A stretch of DNA of 64,000 nt from the human T2T-CHM13v2.0 reference genome, Homo sapiens: assembly GCF_009914755.1 (NCBI RefSeq), contig NC_060926.1, one strand, 5' to 3'. The notes under the pieces were generated by a model. The model was not told the origin of the DNA and made no database searches. It was given only the letters and a program-made list of their open reading frames with translations. Position 1 is the first letter of the stretch; the number at the start of each line of letters is the position of its first letter. Shown piece by piece: positions 38,695 to 54,578 of this stretch. Position numbers and translations under genes: made by a program.

Positions 38695-39078
38695 CTGCAT
38701 GAGTTCCCTAGGGCTGCCAGAGCACTGCACCATAGGCCGGGCGGCTTCCACCACAGGAATTGACGCTCTCGGTTCTGGTGGCTGGAAGTGCGAGATCACG
38801 GTGTCGGCAGGGGGAGTTCCATCGGAGGCCTTTCTCCTTGGCTTGTAGATGCCATCTTCTCCCTGTGTCTTCACATGGGCTGCCCTCTGTGTGTGTCTGT
38901 GTCCTCATCTCCTCTTTTTATGAGGACGCCAGTCATACCGGATTAGGGATCACCCCTGTGACCTCATTTTAACTTCATTACCTTTTTAAAAACCTTAACT
39001 CCAAATGCAGTCACATGCTGAGGTACTGGGGGTTAGGACTTCAACATATGAATTACGGGAGGACACAGTTCAGCATGC
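38695..39078 (-). mobile_element. MLT1B/C-like solo LTR (ERVL-MaLR)
   Basis: tctccttggcttgtagatgccatcttctccctgtgtcttcacatgg...gggggttaggacttcaacatatgaat. Confidence 0.85.
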
Positions 39079-39079
39079 G

Positions 39080-39275
39080 ACTGTGCTGCAGAACTTTCTG
39101 GGGGGACGGGGGAAGTGTTTTATATTTGTGCTATCCAGCGTGGCAGCTGCTAAGCCACATGCGGCTACTGAGTCCCTGAAATGTGGCTCCTGTGGCTGAG
39201 GAACGGAATGCTGAATTCTAACTAATTGAAATTTAAGTAGCCACATGTGGCTAGTGGCTATAGTACCCTGGGGCA
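39080..39275. mobile_element. MER3 (hAT-Charlie MITE)
   Basis: agccacatgcggctactgag...aatttaagtagccacatgtggctagtggcta. Confidence 0.8.
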
Positions 39276-39479
39276 CCATGGGGCCTTCGGCCTGTCCCGG
39301 ACTGTTCCTGCCTTAGGCCTTGTCCTCCTCTGTCCTGGCCGTGAGCCCATGCCCCTGGCCGTGTCCCCATGCCAGATGCCACTCTGCAGCCCCAGGTCAC
39401 TGCCCAGGGCGGCGCGGCCAGCGAATGCCTATTGGCAGGCGAGGTCTCTAGCGGCAGCCCTTTGACAGGGAGAGGGCAC

Positions 39480-40140
39480 ACCTGGGCAGTCCCTTACTGA
39501 TTTGCCCCTCAGAGCAGGGCAGACAGATGGACAGCATTTCCTCTGGGTGGCACCAAGCCCTGCTCCACCTGGATGGCACCAAAAACTTAGCTGATCTCAT
39601 CTCCAGCTTCGCTTCCTCCTCTTCTGCCCAGAGCAGCGCTGGACCCCACCCGCCCACCATCCAGCAGCCCCCCTGGGAAACATGGGACTCGTTCTGGTCA
39701 CCTCTGTCTCCCTCCAGTCGCTGGTCACTCCCCACCTGGATCTCAGTCCACGTCTCTATCTCTCAGCCCCTCGGTAATCCAGGGCGTCCACCTGCCCTGA
39801 TAACTTCAAAGCCCGGATCACAGGCCCCAGCGTGGTGACCCAGCCCCGCCCAGGGTTAAATCCCTCAAGGGCTTCCTGCTGCCTTCCATCCCCTTATCTG
39901 GTTTCCAAAGCCCGCTTCGACCTGCCCGCCCCGAGGCTCATATCTTAATGCCATTTTCCTTGCTCTAAGCACCAGCTTCCCTTTCTTCCCCCGTCTTCGC
40001 CCAACACTCGTTCTTTCTTGCCTCCAGGCCTTTGCACAAATCTGGTCTCTGCCTAGAACATGGTTCCCTCTCTAGTCACAACTCCTGCTCACATTTTCCA
40101 TCTCTCCTTAAGAACCGTTTTCTCCAGGAAGCCTTCCCAG
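39480..40140 (+). mobile_element. Diverged L2 fragments upstream of the DGKD promoter
   Basis: aggcctttgcacaaatctggtctctgcctagaac...tctccaggaagccttccc. Confidence 0.55.
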
Positions 40141-40149
40141 ATGGAGCGG

Positions 40150-41400
40150 TGCATCCCAGCTCTGGCGTCCCGAGGCCCGTCCCAGTACCGGGGTCTCTTT
40201 CCAGCACGCGCGCGCGCATTCGAGCTCGCCCCAAACTCGGCCACACAAGGCTGGGCAGGACAGACACAGCCCCAGCCTGCCTGAGGTTACCTACATTCTG
40301 ATGCGGAAGAGTAGAGATGTTTTAAGAAGTGAATATAGAAACAAGAACACAAACGGCGTTCCAGAAATAACACACAGAAGCCACGGCCCGGAGAGGTGGG
40401 CGGGGGGCCCGGGACGCTTCAGGTGGGGGCGGGGAGGGGCCGCGCGGCGCCGTCTGCAGCTGCGCGCATGGCCGGCAGGGGGCGCGGCGGGGAGAGGCGG
40501 GAGGCCGCCCCCACCGCCCCCGGCCCGGCCCGCCCTCGGCCCCGCCCCTCCCGCCGGCCCCGCCCCGCCCCCGCCCGCGGTGCGCGCGCTGGCCCGGCAG
40601 CATGGCGGCGGCGGCGGGCGCCCCTCCGCCGGGTCCCCCGCAACCGCCTCCGCCGCCGCCGCCCGAGGAGTCGTCCGACAGCGAGCCCGAGGCGGAGCCC
40701 GGCTCCCCACAGAAGCTCATCCGCAAGGTGTCCACGTCGGGTCAGATCCGACAGAAGGTGAGCCCGCGGCGCGGCGGCCCGGGCGCGCGCCCCTCACGCC
40801 GCGGCAGCCCCGGCCGAGGCCCGTGGCCCTGCCCGAGCGGCCGCCCAGGCCCGGCTCGGCCCGGCCCGGGGTCCCGCGGGCGTCATCGCCCCTGTCGAGC
40901 GTGCCCCGCCGCTGTAACGGGCCGGCGCCCCGGGCGGAGCGCGCGGCCCCCGACGGACGGCGGGCGGCTGTGGGGCCGGGCGGGGGGCGCGCAGGTGGGC
41001 GCCCCGGGCGCCGCGCGCTGGGCGGGGGGCGCGCGCCGAGTTGGGCCGCGAGGACCCGGAGGAAACTGAGGCCTAGATGCAGGGGACTGCGCTCGTGCCA
41101 CCGAGCGGGTCCCACGCGGGGGCTCCCGGCTGCGCCCCGCGGGCGTCCGCGGTCCCCAAACCCCGGTTCTGCACGTTTCTCAGGAGCGGTCGGGTGGTGT
41201 CCCGCGAGTGCCCTGCAGACTTCCCTGTGGTGCCCTCAGAAGTCCGCTCGGACCCGGGTGCGAGGGATCACCCCTTCACCCCTTCATCCCAAAAGGGAAG
41301 GAAGGGATGCGCGTTCAGTGACCGTCTCTCTCAGCAAAGCCGGGACCGCGCACCCGCTTGGCACCCAACTCTCCACGGAGAACTCCTGACGCTAAATGTT
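40150..41400. promoter_or_regulatory. CpG island / TATA-less promoter of DGKD with multiple GC boxes
   Basis: Very high GC and CpG density; GGGGCGGGG near 40426 and repeated CCCCGCCCC at about 40540-40575, just upstream of the DGKD ATG. Confidence 0.92.
40602..40757 (+). CDS. DGKD: DGKD exon 1 coding part (diacylglycerol kinase delta-2 N-terminus, [14 protein letters not shown]...STSGQIRQK, 52 aa)
   Basis: agcATGG Kozak context; 156 nt ending AAG|gtgagc; peptide recognised as the DGK-delta2 Pro-rich extension; DGKD is the known 3' neighbour of SAG. Confidence 0.93.
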
Positions 41401-43493
41401 AGATAAAGACGCACGTCCTTTTTGCAGGAGGAAAGTTGCACCGTTTGTTTTCCCATTGTGCTTCCTATTGAAAACAGCTTACGGTTTTTGCTCCAGGTGA
41501 GCCCGCCCGGTTAGAACACTGCTTCCTCAGGCAGGTGGCTGGACAGGTGGCTGCGAGCAGGCTGGGTCCCTGGGGCAGCTCTGGCAGATCCGGTTGGCAC
41601 GGACTTTCTCCTCCTGCTGCAGTGCGCTTTTCCTCCGGGGCGGATTAGGTTCAGCCGTTCCCTTCACCGTGGGAGCCTTCTCTTCTGTCAGCCTTTGATA
41701 CCTGCGATGGGGGAACCTGAGGTCCTAACATGTTACAAACAGGTTTGTTGTGAAGTGCTCCAGTTATTCAGCAAATAGGTACCGAACACCTGCTTTGTTC
41801 CGGGTATAACAGTAGCAGTAGTGATGATAATGATAGCAATAGCAAATAACAATTCTTTAATAAGCCTTCTATGTGCCAGGCACTTTCTTGGGTTAGCTTT
41901 ACAGCACTTGACATGGTTAGTTTATTAGTACTGGTGAGAACCCAATAAGTTGGATGCTATCATCTCCGTCTTTTGGAATTGGAATAGAAATAGAATCAAG
42001 GTTAAATGACTTGCCCAGGGTGTCACAGGTCGTAAATGTGGATGTGTGTTGGAACCATGGTCAGGACCGTAAGATGGAAGGCAGTTTCTACACCTAGGGA
42101 TTCTCAGTCTAGTTGGGAGATGGACGCCTGTGCACCTGACATGACAACATTGTAAGTGCCGCGGAAACTCGGGGCAGAGACCTGCCCTGGGGAGGCAGGA
42201 GTGGTTTCCTTTAAGGTGAGATCTTGAGGGATAAAGAATTCACCAGGCTAAGTGGGTAAGAAATGGCCTTCTACATATTTGAACGTTGCGTCTAGAGCTT
42301 TAGGCACAACTGCGAAATGATCAGAAGTTGGGCCAGAGGTGGATCACGTTGATTAGACTTATTAGTTGGAAGGGTTGGTTAGGGCTGAATTTCGAAGGGG
42401 TGGTCCTTTGAGGGGTTTGCTTTTTGGCCTTGGGCAAGAGGTGGCCACAGAGGATTGTTCAAAGTATGGGGGTGATGGATCAGATGTGCTTTTGGGAAGA
42501 TCTCCACATAGCCCTAAATGATACTGATAGGAGTTGCTTTCTCCTGTTGCCCAGGCAAGGTACTGACCAGTGTGGGGTAGATCATGTGATTTACAAGGTT
42601 GATTAAGATCAAGATTGTGTTGAGAGAGATTTGATTCCTGGGAGATTCCAGTGTTTAGAATTTTGTTGGTTAGGAGGTGTTTTTGCTTTCCTTCTTTTTT
42701 CTCCTAAAACAATAGCTGCTATACCAGCTGTTCTGGTTGAGGAGGAGTGATGGGTAGACTGTTAAAAATACACCCCGAGGACTTAGAGTTTCTGAATACA
42801 GTCACATCTGCTGTACAGATAGCTTAAGGCTGATTTTTCTTCTGAGTTGTTAAGAGATTGTCAGAATGTGGGAATGCGAGGTTGACTGTATGTAATAGCT
42901 CCATTTTTTTTTTTTCCAGCAGATAAGCCATTCACAAAATTCCTCTGGTATCTATGGTACATAATAGAAACATCAAAAATGGTATGGGGTAGCAGTCTGA
43001 GTCTAAAAAGAAAAACAGAACTCACCTTAAGTATTTGGAACAGAAGGAATGTAATCTAGGGGAGTGGTCACACAGGTGATGTGAGAACTGAGAATGCAGG
43101 CTGCAATGAGGCAAGCCGGAGATGAGGCAACAAGCAGGAAACTGCTGCCACCCCTAAGTTGGAGGGTGAAGGAAGGAGATGGCATTTCAGACTCCAGGGA
43201 CAGCTGTCACCCACCAAAAACTGGGGTCACAAGGGGTCCATCTGGCAGTGGCTGGAGCCTTGCAAGGGCACAGCTGCTGCTGCGGATGTACTGTTCCCCT
43301 CCTGCCTGGGAACCCTGGCCTTGCTGGGGTCACCTCCTCCACAACTTGGACTGGAGCAGAAGGACAAAGAATGGATCTGAGGACAAGCTGGCCCAGGACC
43401 AGAACTGTATGTATGTCAGGCTTTTAAAATATTAGTCTAGTGCAAGTCAGAGCTGTCTTAATGAAGAGAAAAACAAAAGAGAATGTCTTAGGG

Positions 43494-43992
43494 CAGTGCT
43501 CCTCAAATTTTAATGTGCAGACACATCTCCTAGGGATCCTGTTAAAATGATGATTATGGTTGAGTAGGTCTAGGGTGGGTGGGGCCTTAGAATGTGCATT
43601 TCTTTTTCTTTCTTTCTTTCTTTTTTTTTTTTTTTTTTGAGACAAGGTCTCACTTTGTCACCCAGGCTGGAGTGCAGTGGTGCGATCTCAGCTACGGCAA
43701 CCTTTGCCTCCTGGGCTTAAGTGATTTTCCTGCCTCAGCCTCCCAAGTAGCTGGGACTACAGGCAAATGCCACCATGCTGGCTAATTTTTGTATTTTGTT
43801 GTAGAGATGGAGTTTCCCCATGTTCCCCAGGCTGGTCTCAAACTCCTGAGCTCAAGTAATACACCCACCTCAGCCTCCCAAAGTGCTGGGATTATAAGCT
43901 TGAGCCAATGCACCTGGCAGAATATGCATTTCTAACAAGCTCCCAGAAGATGCTGATGCTGCTGGTCCATGGACCAGACTTTGAAAAACAAG
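43494..43992. mobile_element. MER5A split by an antisense Alu (about 43600-43918)
   Basis: cagtgctcctcaaa...tgcatttctaacaagctcccagaagatgctgatgctgctggtcc; TSD agaat(g/a)tgcatttct. Confidence 0.82.
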
Positions 43993-44529
43993 ACCTTATG
44001 GCACACATGTAAAGAGAAGCCTCTCCAAACTTCAAATAATTCTTCAGGTTATAGATCTTTAGCATATTGAAAATTTGATGTGTGCAGATTTGTGATGGCC
44101 ATTTATCAGTTTAGCATTTCATGCATGTCTGATTTTTTAATATGTTCGAGCTCTTTAGAGTTGAAGCTGTCCACAGCAAAGACATTACTTCATTTGTATT
44201 TCCTGACTACAGTACACAGTAATGACTCTGTAGAACTGCATAGCTAGAATGGAAAGAAAGAAAATGGAGCTAACACTCCGACCAGCACATTCACCAGCAC
44301 ATTATAAGGTATTTTGAAATTTCAGTGAAGAACCGTGTAATTCTGCAAAGCTATCAGTTAAAAGAGTTTAATTTATTTAAAAGTTTCTAGAAAGTTAACA
44401 TTTTTTGGATATGAGCATGAAAGTGCTTGGATTCCTGATTTTAAATTTAAACAAAGCATTTTTTCCATTGTGAAATGAAGACTAGTAAAAATTAGGTAAA
44501 GGGTTTAAGTTGTAAAAAACTTAAAAAAA

Positions 44530-45180
44530 TGCACCGCAGTTTTATGAGATATAATTCACATGGGATACAGTTCAGTGGTTGTTAGTATATTCGCTGTTTT
44601 GCAACCATCACCACAGTCAATTTTAGAACATTTTCATCACCCCGTTTCCTCTCAACTCCCTCAACCATAGGCAACAAGAATCTACTTTCTGTCTCTGTGT
44701 TTGCTGATTCTGGTCATTTTACATAAATGGAATCATACAATATGTGGTCTGGCTTCTTTAACTTAGCATAATATTTTTAAGGTTCATCCATGTCATGGCA
44801 TGTATCGGTACTTCATTTCTTTCTGTTGCTGGGTAATATTCCATTCTACAGGCACACTGTATTTTATTTATCCATTTATCAGTTGATGGACATTTGGGTT
44901 ATTTCTACTTTTTGGCTATTCTGGATAATGCTGCTGTGAACATTCATGCACATGTTTTTGTGTGGACATAGGTTTTCATTTATCTTGGCTATACACCTAG
45001 GAGTGGAAGTGCTGGGCCATATGGTAATACTACCGGACTATTTTCCAGCTAAAAAGCTGCCGTAACATTTTACATTCCCACCAGCTGTGTATGAGGAGGG
45101 TTCCAATTTTTCCACATCCTTGTCAGTAACTGTTATTATCTCTCTTTTGATACTAGCCATCCTAGTAGGGATGAAGTAAT
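44530..45180 (-). mobile_element. L1MB-like fragment
   Basis: tatccatttatcagttgatggacatttgggtt...aatgctgctgtgaacattcatg. Confidence 0.85.
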
Positions 45181-46271
45181 GTAAAAGGTTTTTAATGCCA
45201 TTTTATTGTCGGATTTCAAAGTCTAAACTTTGGTGTCAGATGAAGTCACTTCAGACCCTGCGCTTCTAGTTATGAAGCATGCGATTGTGGACAGGGTGTC
45301 TAAACCTCCCTTAAGACGTGGTTTCCTCATCTGTAAACATGGAAAATATTAGTTCTTGGGTTGGTTGTAGTGAAAGTAAATGTTAACTCTGTGTTCCTGA
45401 GTCTCAGTTTCCATGTCTGTAAAATAGAAATAACAGTTGTTATATCCATAAAATAGGAATGGGGATGTTAACTCATAGAATTAAATGGGATAATTTGTGT
45501 AGAACACCTAACATAGTGGCTGATGTATAGTAAATGATCACTAAATGGTTGCTTTTGGTTATTTTTTGTCTTTCTGATTTTTTTTTTTTTTTTATCCCAG
45601 ATAGGAATCATTTCCCTGATTCCATTTTTCTCCAGCTCAGGCTGGTCTGAGTCTCCATCTCTCGGCTCCAGAAGAGCAAATACAAACAAATCTGGCTGAA
45701 AATTAACAAAGACCATTTTTTAAAGAAATCGTTAATTTATTGAGTCCTAGTGGGAATACCATGGGCTAGGTATTACATTTTGTATTTCACTGGTTCAGTT
45801 TAACAGCAAATATTTGAGATCTTAACATTGTTAACTGTTGTGCGAGGCACCAGGGGTATCTTATTGAGTAACAACAAAAATTTTTAGAGATGATAGTCTA
45901 GAAGACATTAATAAAACAATCACACAGTTAATATGAAGTTGTGATGGGGACGGGTGCTGATGAGGAGAGGGCCAGAATACTTTGAGAGGACATCATAGGT
46001 GAATTTGACCTGATATCAGGGAGGTCTAGGAGGGCTTCTTGAGGCAGTGACTGGCTGGGTCTGGAAGGTGAGTAGGGAGCAGTGCCTTCTGCTTCTGGCA
46101 GTGGTGAGCTGAGTGACTGCAGCGCCACTCTTCCAAGCACAGTCTGCTAATAAGATGATGCTGAATTTCTGGACTAGGATCTGGGGTGGCTGAAGATCTG
46201 TGGAAGTGAGTGTGGTATTTGGGGCTGCTTTTGACCTTGGAATCTGTAGTGGCGTCTGTAGTGGATTTGGC

Positions 46272-47113
46272 ATCTCTACCAAATTTGGTCCACCTAGAAC
46301 TTCAGGATGCCCACATAATAAGATATTAGTTAAATATCTTTAAAAAAATTTTTTTTCTTTTTTTTTGAGACAGGGTCTTGCTCGGTCGTCCAGGCTGGAG
46401 TGCAGTGGCATACTGCAGTCTCTGGCTGGGCTCAGGCAATCCTCCTGCCTCAGCCACCTGAGTAGCTGGGACTCCAGATGCATTCCATGATGCCTGGCTA
46501 ATTTAAAAACACATTTTTATGGAGACGAGGGTCTCACTATGTTGCCCATGCTTGGGGTCTCAAACTCCTGGGCTCAAGCGATCCTCCCCCTTTGGCTTCC
46601 CAAAGTGCTAGAATTACAGACATGAGCTACTGTGCCTGGCCAAAATTTTTTATTTTGAGATAGGGTCTTGCTATATTCCCCAGGCTGGTCTCAAACTCCT
46701 GGGCTCAAGTGATCCTCCTGCTTCAGGCTTCTGAGTAGCTGGGAGCGTAGGCTCAAGCCACTGTGCCTGGCTAATTAAAGATTTTGAGAGTAAATCATCG
46801 TGAACTTAGGAGAAACTCTAAATCCAGTGTTGGTTTCTTTATAAGAGGAAGGGGAGGGAGATTTGGACAGAAAGACATGTTGGGAAAAAGGTTATGGGAA
46901 AATAGAGCCGGAGATTAGAGTTCGTTGATGCAAACCAAGGAATGCCTGGGGCCACCAGAAGCTGGAAGAGATAACAGATGGAATCTCCCCTAGAGCCTTT
47001 AGAGGGAGTGCGGCCTTCTGATCCCTTGATCTCCGACTTCCAGCCCCCAGAGCAGTGAGACAGTCAAGTTTTTTTTTTTTTCCAAGTTTTGTTTTAAGCC
47101 TTGAAGTTTTATG
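46272..47113 (+). mobile_element. MLT1C/D-like LTR interrupted by antisense Alus (about 46348-46773)
   Basis: ccaaggaatgcctggggccaccagaagctggaaga...ttctgttttaagcc-like end. Confidence 0.75.
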
Positions 47114-47734
47114 GCAGCCCTGGGGAAAGAACACTGGGCCCTGAACAAAACATGGGAGCCAAGAGGCTGAGCCCTGTGAGACTGTCTGAGTGCCTTAGCA
47201 GGGCTGAGGTGCCAGGTTCTGCCAAAGGGCAACAGTCCTGGGTGACACCCTCCCCTCACAATTTGGATTGGGATCCAAAGAAGCCACTTCCAAGGAATGC
47301 GCAGGAGCCAGAAGTATTGGAAGGACTGCAGCCCTGCTTCAAATCACCTCAGTCCTCTGAAATTAAAGTAATCCCAGTGTACTAGTGTCTCTAGATTCCC
47401 AACAGAAGCAAACTTTAATCCTCTCTAGAGGGAGATATCTCCCTCTAATCCTCCCAGTTATCAATGGAGGCCTCTAATGACTTTCACGAGTCTGTTTGTA
47501 CGTTCATGATTGTGCATACAGTAAAAAAATAGACATCAAGGGAGGCGAGGCACTTGAGCTAAAACCAGTCGAAACTACAGGCTGTAGACAGACCCACAGG
47601 GCTTCCAGACTCCAGACCCAGACTTTATAACAACTGTGCTCGTTGTGTTGGAGGAGACACGAGATCAGATGGAGAGTTTTGGCAGAGAACTAGAAACTAT
47701 GGAAAAGAACCAGATGAAAATTCTAGTCCACACT

Positions 47735-48161
47735 GGCCAGATGGCTCACGCCTATAATCTCAGCACTTTTGGACTGAGGCAGGTGGATCATTGGAGGTCA
47801 CGAGTTTGAGACCAGCCTGGCCAACATGGCAAGATCCCGCCTCTACTAAAGATACTAGACATTTTTTTTTTCTTTTAAGACGGAGTCTCACTCTTGTCAC
47901 CCAGGCTGTAGTGCAGTGGCATGATCTCAGCTCACTACAACCTTTGCCTCCTGGGTTCAAGCAATTCTCCTGCCTCAGCCCCCCGAGTAGCTAGGATTAC
48001 AGGTGCCCATCACCACGCCCAGCTAATTTTTTGGTATTTTTAATAGAGACGGAGTCTTACCATGTTAGCTAAGCTGGTCTCGAACTCCCAATCTCAGGTG
48101 ATCTGCCCGCCTCGGCCTCCCAAAGTGCTGGGATTACATGCGTGAGCCACCTCACCCAGCC
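47735..48161. mobile_element. Sense Alu left arm (about 47735-47855) abutting an antisense full Alu (about 47862-48161)
   Basis: Alu consensus in opposite orientations. Confidence 0.85.
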
Positions 48162-48359
48162 AATAAAAGAAAATTATAAAATTGAAAAAGCATAGTGATC
48201 AAAATTAACTAACCAAAAAAAGAGCAGATTAGACCCAGGCTGAAAAAATTGTGTGAACCAGAAGATAGCTCAGAAGAAAATACCCACAAGGAAGCCTGGA
48301 GACATAAAAAATGGAAAAATTTGGAGAGGGTGGGAGACAGATATAGTAAGAAGGTCTTA

Positions 48360-48735
<376 letters not shown>

Positions 48736-48835
48736 AAAGTAATACCTGAGAATTTTCTACAACAAATAACAGGTACCATGAACAGATTCGATAGCCGTAT
48801 GAACTGAAAGAACCATATCTAATCAATTCCTGGTA

Positions 48836-50042
48836 CACCCTTGTGCTCTGCATAATGATGTTTCCGGATGATGATCCACATGGACAAAGGTGGTCCCATA
48901 AGATTATAATGAAGCTGAAAAATTCCAATTGTCTAGTGATGTGGTAGCTGTTATAATGTTGTAGGGCAATGAATTACCTATGTGTTTGTGGTGATGCTGG
49001 TGTAAACAGACCTACTGCACTGCAAGTGGTAGAAAAGTATAGCACATACAAGTATATACAGTACATAATAGTTGATGATGATAATAAACAACTATGTTAC
49101 TGGTTTATGTATTTACTATCTATACTTTTTATTATTTTAGAGTATATTCTTCCTACTTATAGAAAAAAGAAAAACAAATTGTAAAACAGCCTCAAGCAGG
49201 TCCTTCAGGAGGTATCCAGAAGAAGGCATTGTTATCATAGGAGGTGACAGCTCCATGCACGTCATTGTCCCTGAAGACCTTCCAGTGGGATAGGATGTGG
49301 AGGCGGAAGATAATGATACTGATGATCCTGACTCTGTGTAGGTCTAGGCTAATGTGTGTGTTTGTTTCTTAGTTTTTAACAAAAATATTTAAGAAGTAAA
49401 ATAATTAAAAAAATTAAAAATAGAAAAAAGGTTATAGAATAAGGATATAAAGAAAATACTTTTGTACAAGTGTACAGTGTGTGTTTCAAGCTAAATGTTA
49501 CTACAAAAGAGTAAAAAATTAAATTAAAAGTTTATAAAGTAAAAATATTACAGTAAGCTAAGGTTAATTTGTTATTGAAGAAAGAAAGTCTTTCAAAAAA
49601 TAAATGTAGTATAGCCTAAGTGTACAGTGTTTACAAAGCATAGAGTACTGGTCAGTAGTGTCCTAGGCCATCACATTCACTCACCAGTCATTCACTCACT
49701 CATCCAGAGCAACTTCCAGCCCTGCAAGCTCCAGTTACGGTAAGTACCCTATACAGGTGTACCATTTTAAAAATCTTTTATGACATATTTTTACTGTACT
49801 GTTTCTATGTTTAGTTATATTTAGATACGCAAATACTTGCCGTTGAGTTATAGTTGCCTACAGTGTCAGCACAGTGATGTGCTCTATGGGTTTGTAGTCC
49901 AGGAGCAATAGGTCATGCCATACAGATGAGGTGTGTGCCATCTAGATTTGTGAAAGTACACTCTGTGATGTTCACATAGGATGAAATCACCTCATAACAC
50001 ATTTCTCAGAATATATGCTCATTGTTAAGCAACTGATAACTG
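48836..50042. mobile_element. Tigger3b/MER7-like TcMar DNA transposon, about 1.2 kb, non-autonomous
   Basis: ggtggtcccataagattataat near the left end; catttctcagaat...ttaagc...actg at the right end; flanked by TA. Confidence 0.8.
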
Positions 50043-50179
50043 TAGCACCGTTGAAAACCATAGATGAAGAGAAAGAGAGAAAGGCGGAGGTTGCAGTGAG
50101 TCGAGATCACACCACTGCACTCCAGCCTGGGCAACAGAGCGAGACTTTGCTTCTAAAAACAAAAACCAAACAAAAAAAG

Positions 50180-52020
<1,841 letters not shown>

Positions 52021-53292
52021 ACATTAAACTCAAAGGAAATAGAGTATTTTTTTAAAGGATTTATAGAAGAATGAGGAGGAGGAGGTTGCTGATCAAAGAG
52101 GTATGCAAAGGCCCTGTGGCAAGAGGGAGCTTGGGGAAATCTTGGGGCTGAAAGAAGGCTGTGGTGGTTAGGGCTGGTAAGCATCGGGAGCCTTTGGTTG
52201 GGATCTGACACTGGAGAGGGTTGGAGGCTGTGTTAGGGAGCTCTGCCTATTTTCCCCCAGATTAGTGGGATACTATTGCTTTAAGATTTTAGGAAGGACC
52301 ATGACCTAATTGGATCGTGGTTGAAAAGATGGCTCTAGCTGCGCTGCGGTTGCCTGAGTGGATGCTGGCTGACCCAATGCAGTGAAAGATGCTGGCAGCC
52401 TGGGCCTGTGCTGTGGCTGTGGCGATGGGGGAAGTAGCTGGATTTGAGAGATGCTGAGGAGGTGACATTGTGAGAACTCAGTGATGGTTTGGTGTGGGTG
52501 TTGGGGGAGAGGAGGTTTGTGATTCCTGTGATGAGCTGGATAATGGAACTCTTCTCTGATATAAGGAGCTGTGGTTGAGGACAGCTTTGGGGATTTTGCT
52601 GTTACCTGGCTCTGCTGCATGCTATCCTGGAACCTCTTATTCTCCACTACCCCAGTTTTGCCAATGAACGACATAGATTCAGCAGTTAGGTGGCTTGCTA
52701 GTGTGCCATGAAGCCATGTAGGTCTCACTGAACCCAGATAGGGCCTCCTTTGTCCCTTCCTCCCCAGCCCCCAGTCATGCAGCAGCAGTGAGGATGGTTC
52801 ATCTGAGCCCGAGAGTGAGGACAGTGTGACGGGGTCAGGGCCCGATTGGATGCTGGGGCCGTTGGCTTTTAGGAGGTGGGCAGAAGAGGAAGAGGAGGAC
52901 TAGTCAAAGAAGGAAGGACTGGCAGGGGAGGAGAAAGAAAGGGGGCTGCAGAGAAGCCCCAGAACCAGCACAGTTTACCTCTAAATACCTCAGTGTATGT
53001 CTCCACAACATGAGGATATTTTCTTATATAACAATACCATTATACCTGAAAAAACTTTTTAACATTTAATATCCAGATCATTTTCAAATTTCCCCAGTTG
53101 AACCAGAAATGCCATTTATGACCTTCCTTTTGGGAACCAGGTACCCATCAAGTTTTACGCATCATCTTTGGTTGTTGTTATCTCTTTAGTTTGTTAAATT
53201 AGAACAGCTTCCACTGTTCTCTCTTCCCGTTCCCTACCTGCCTATAACATCAACTTTTTCAAGAGACAAGGGCAGTTGTCTGGTATTAATGA

Positions 53293-53595
<303 letters not shown>

Positions 53596-53600
53596 TAATG

Positions 53601-53643
53601 ACTTTTAATGGCAAAAACCTCCATTACTTTTGTACCAACCTAA
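53601..53643. mobile_element. MADE1, one arm
   Basis: acttttaatggcaaaaacctccattacttttgtaccaacctaa followed by TA. Confidence 0.85.
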
Positions 53644-54289
53644 TAATCTTTCTGGATTTTTCTGATTGTTTTCCCATCATTCTTTTACATTGTTGTTTTA
53701 TCTCCTATATTTCCTATAAAGTAGAAGTAAGCAGTTTCAAAGACTCTCACTTCTATATTTTGGTTGACATTTTGGGCATATCCCTAAATATGGAATGCTC
53801 TGTGCTCTACCGCATCCCACTTGGAGGTGGGTGTGTCCTGTCAGGCTGTCCCCCTCTGCTGTGTCATCGCTTGGTTTACAGATTTCTAGGTCTTTTCTTC
53901 CTCTTTTTCTTTTCTTTTTTTTTTTTTTTTTTTAATAGAAGTGGGATCTCCCTACGTTAAGCCAGTCTGGTCTTGAACTCCTGACCTAAAGTGATCCTCC
54001 TGCCTTGGCCTCCCAAAGTTCTGGGATTACAGGCATGAGCCACCTTGCCTGACCAGATCTTTTCATTGGAGATGTGATTTCCCCTTTACAGTTAGGAAGT
54101 AATAGGTGATTCCTGGGCACTGTGCAAATATCCTTTACCCCAAATGGTTTCCATATTCATACACAATACAGGACTTGCCTGAAGCAATTTTATTATAAGA
54201 GTTTTTAAAATGGAGATTCCTGCCACCCCCATTGTGTCATTTATTCCACATTTATCTGTTGGTGTTATTCTGTAAAGATATTTTCTTGG

Positions 54290-54578
<289 letters not shown>

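Noticed and set aside
40301-41389. 362-aa ORF and several antisense ORFs over the CpG island
   Set aside because: Low-complexity Arg/Gly/Pro/Ala translation expected from stop-poor GC-rich DNA; it crosses the DGKD promoter and exon 1 donor and has no recognisable domain
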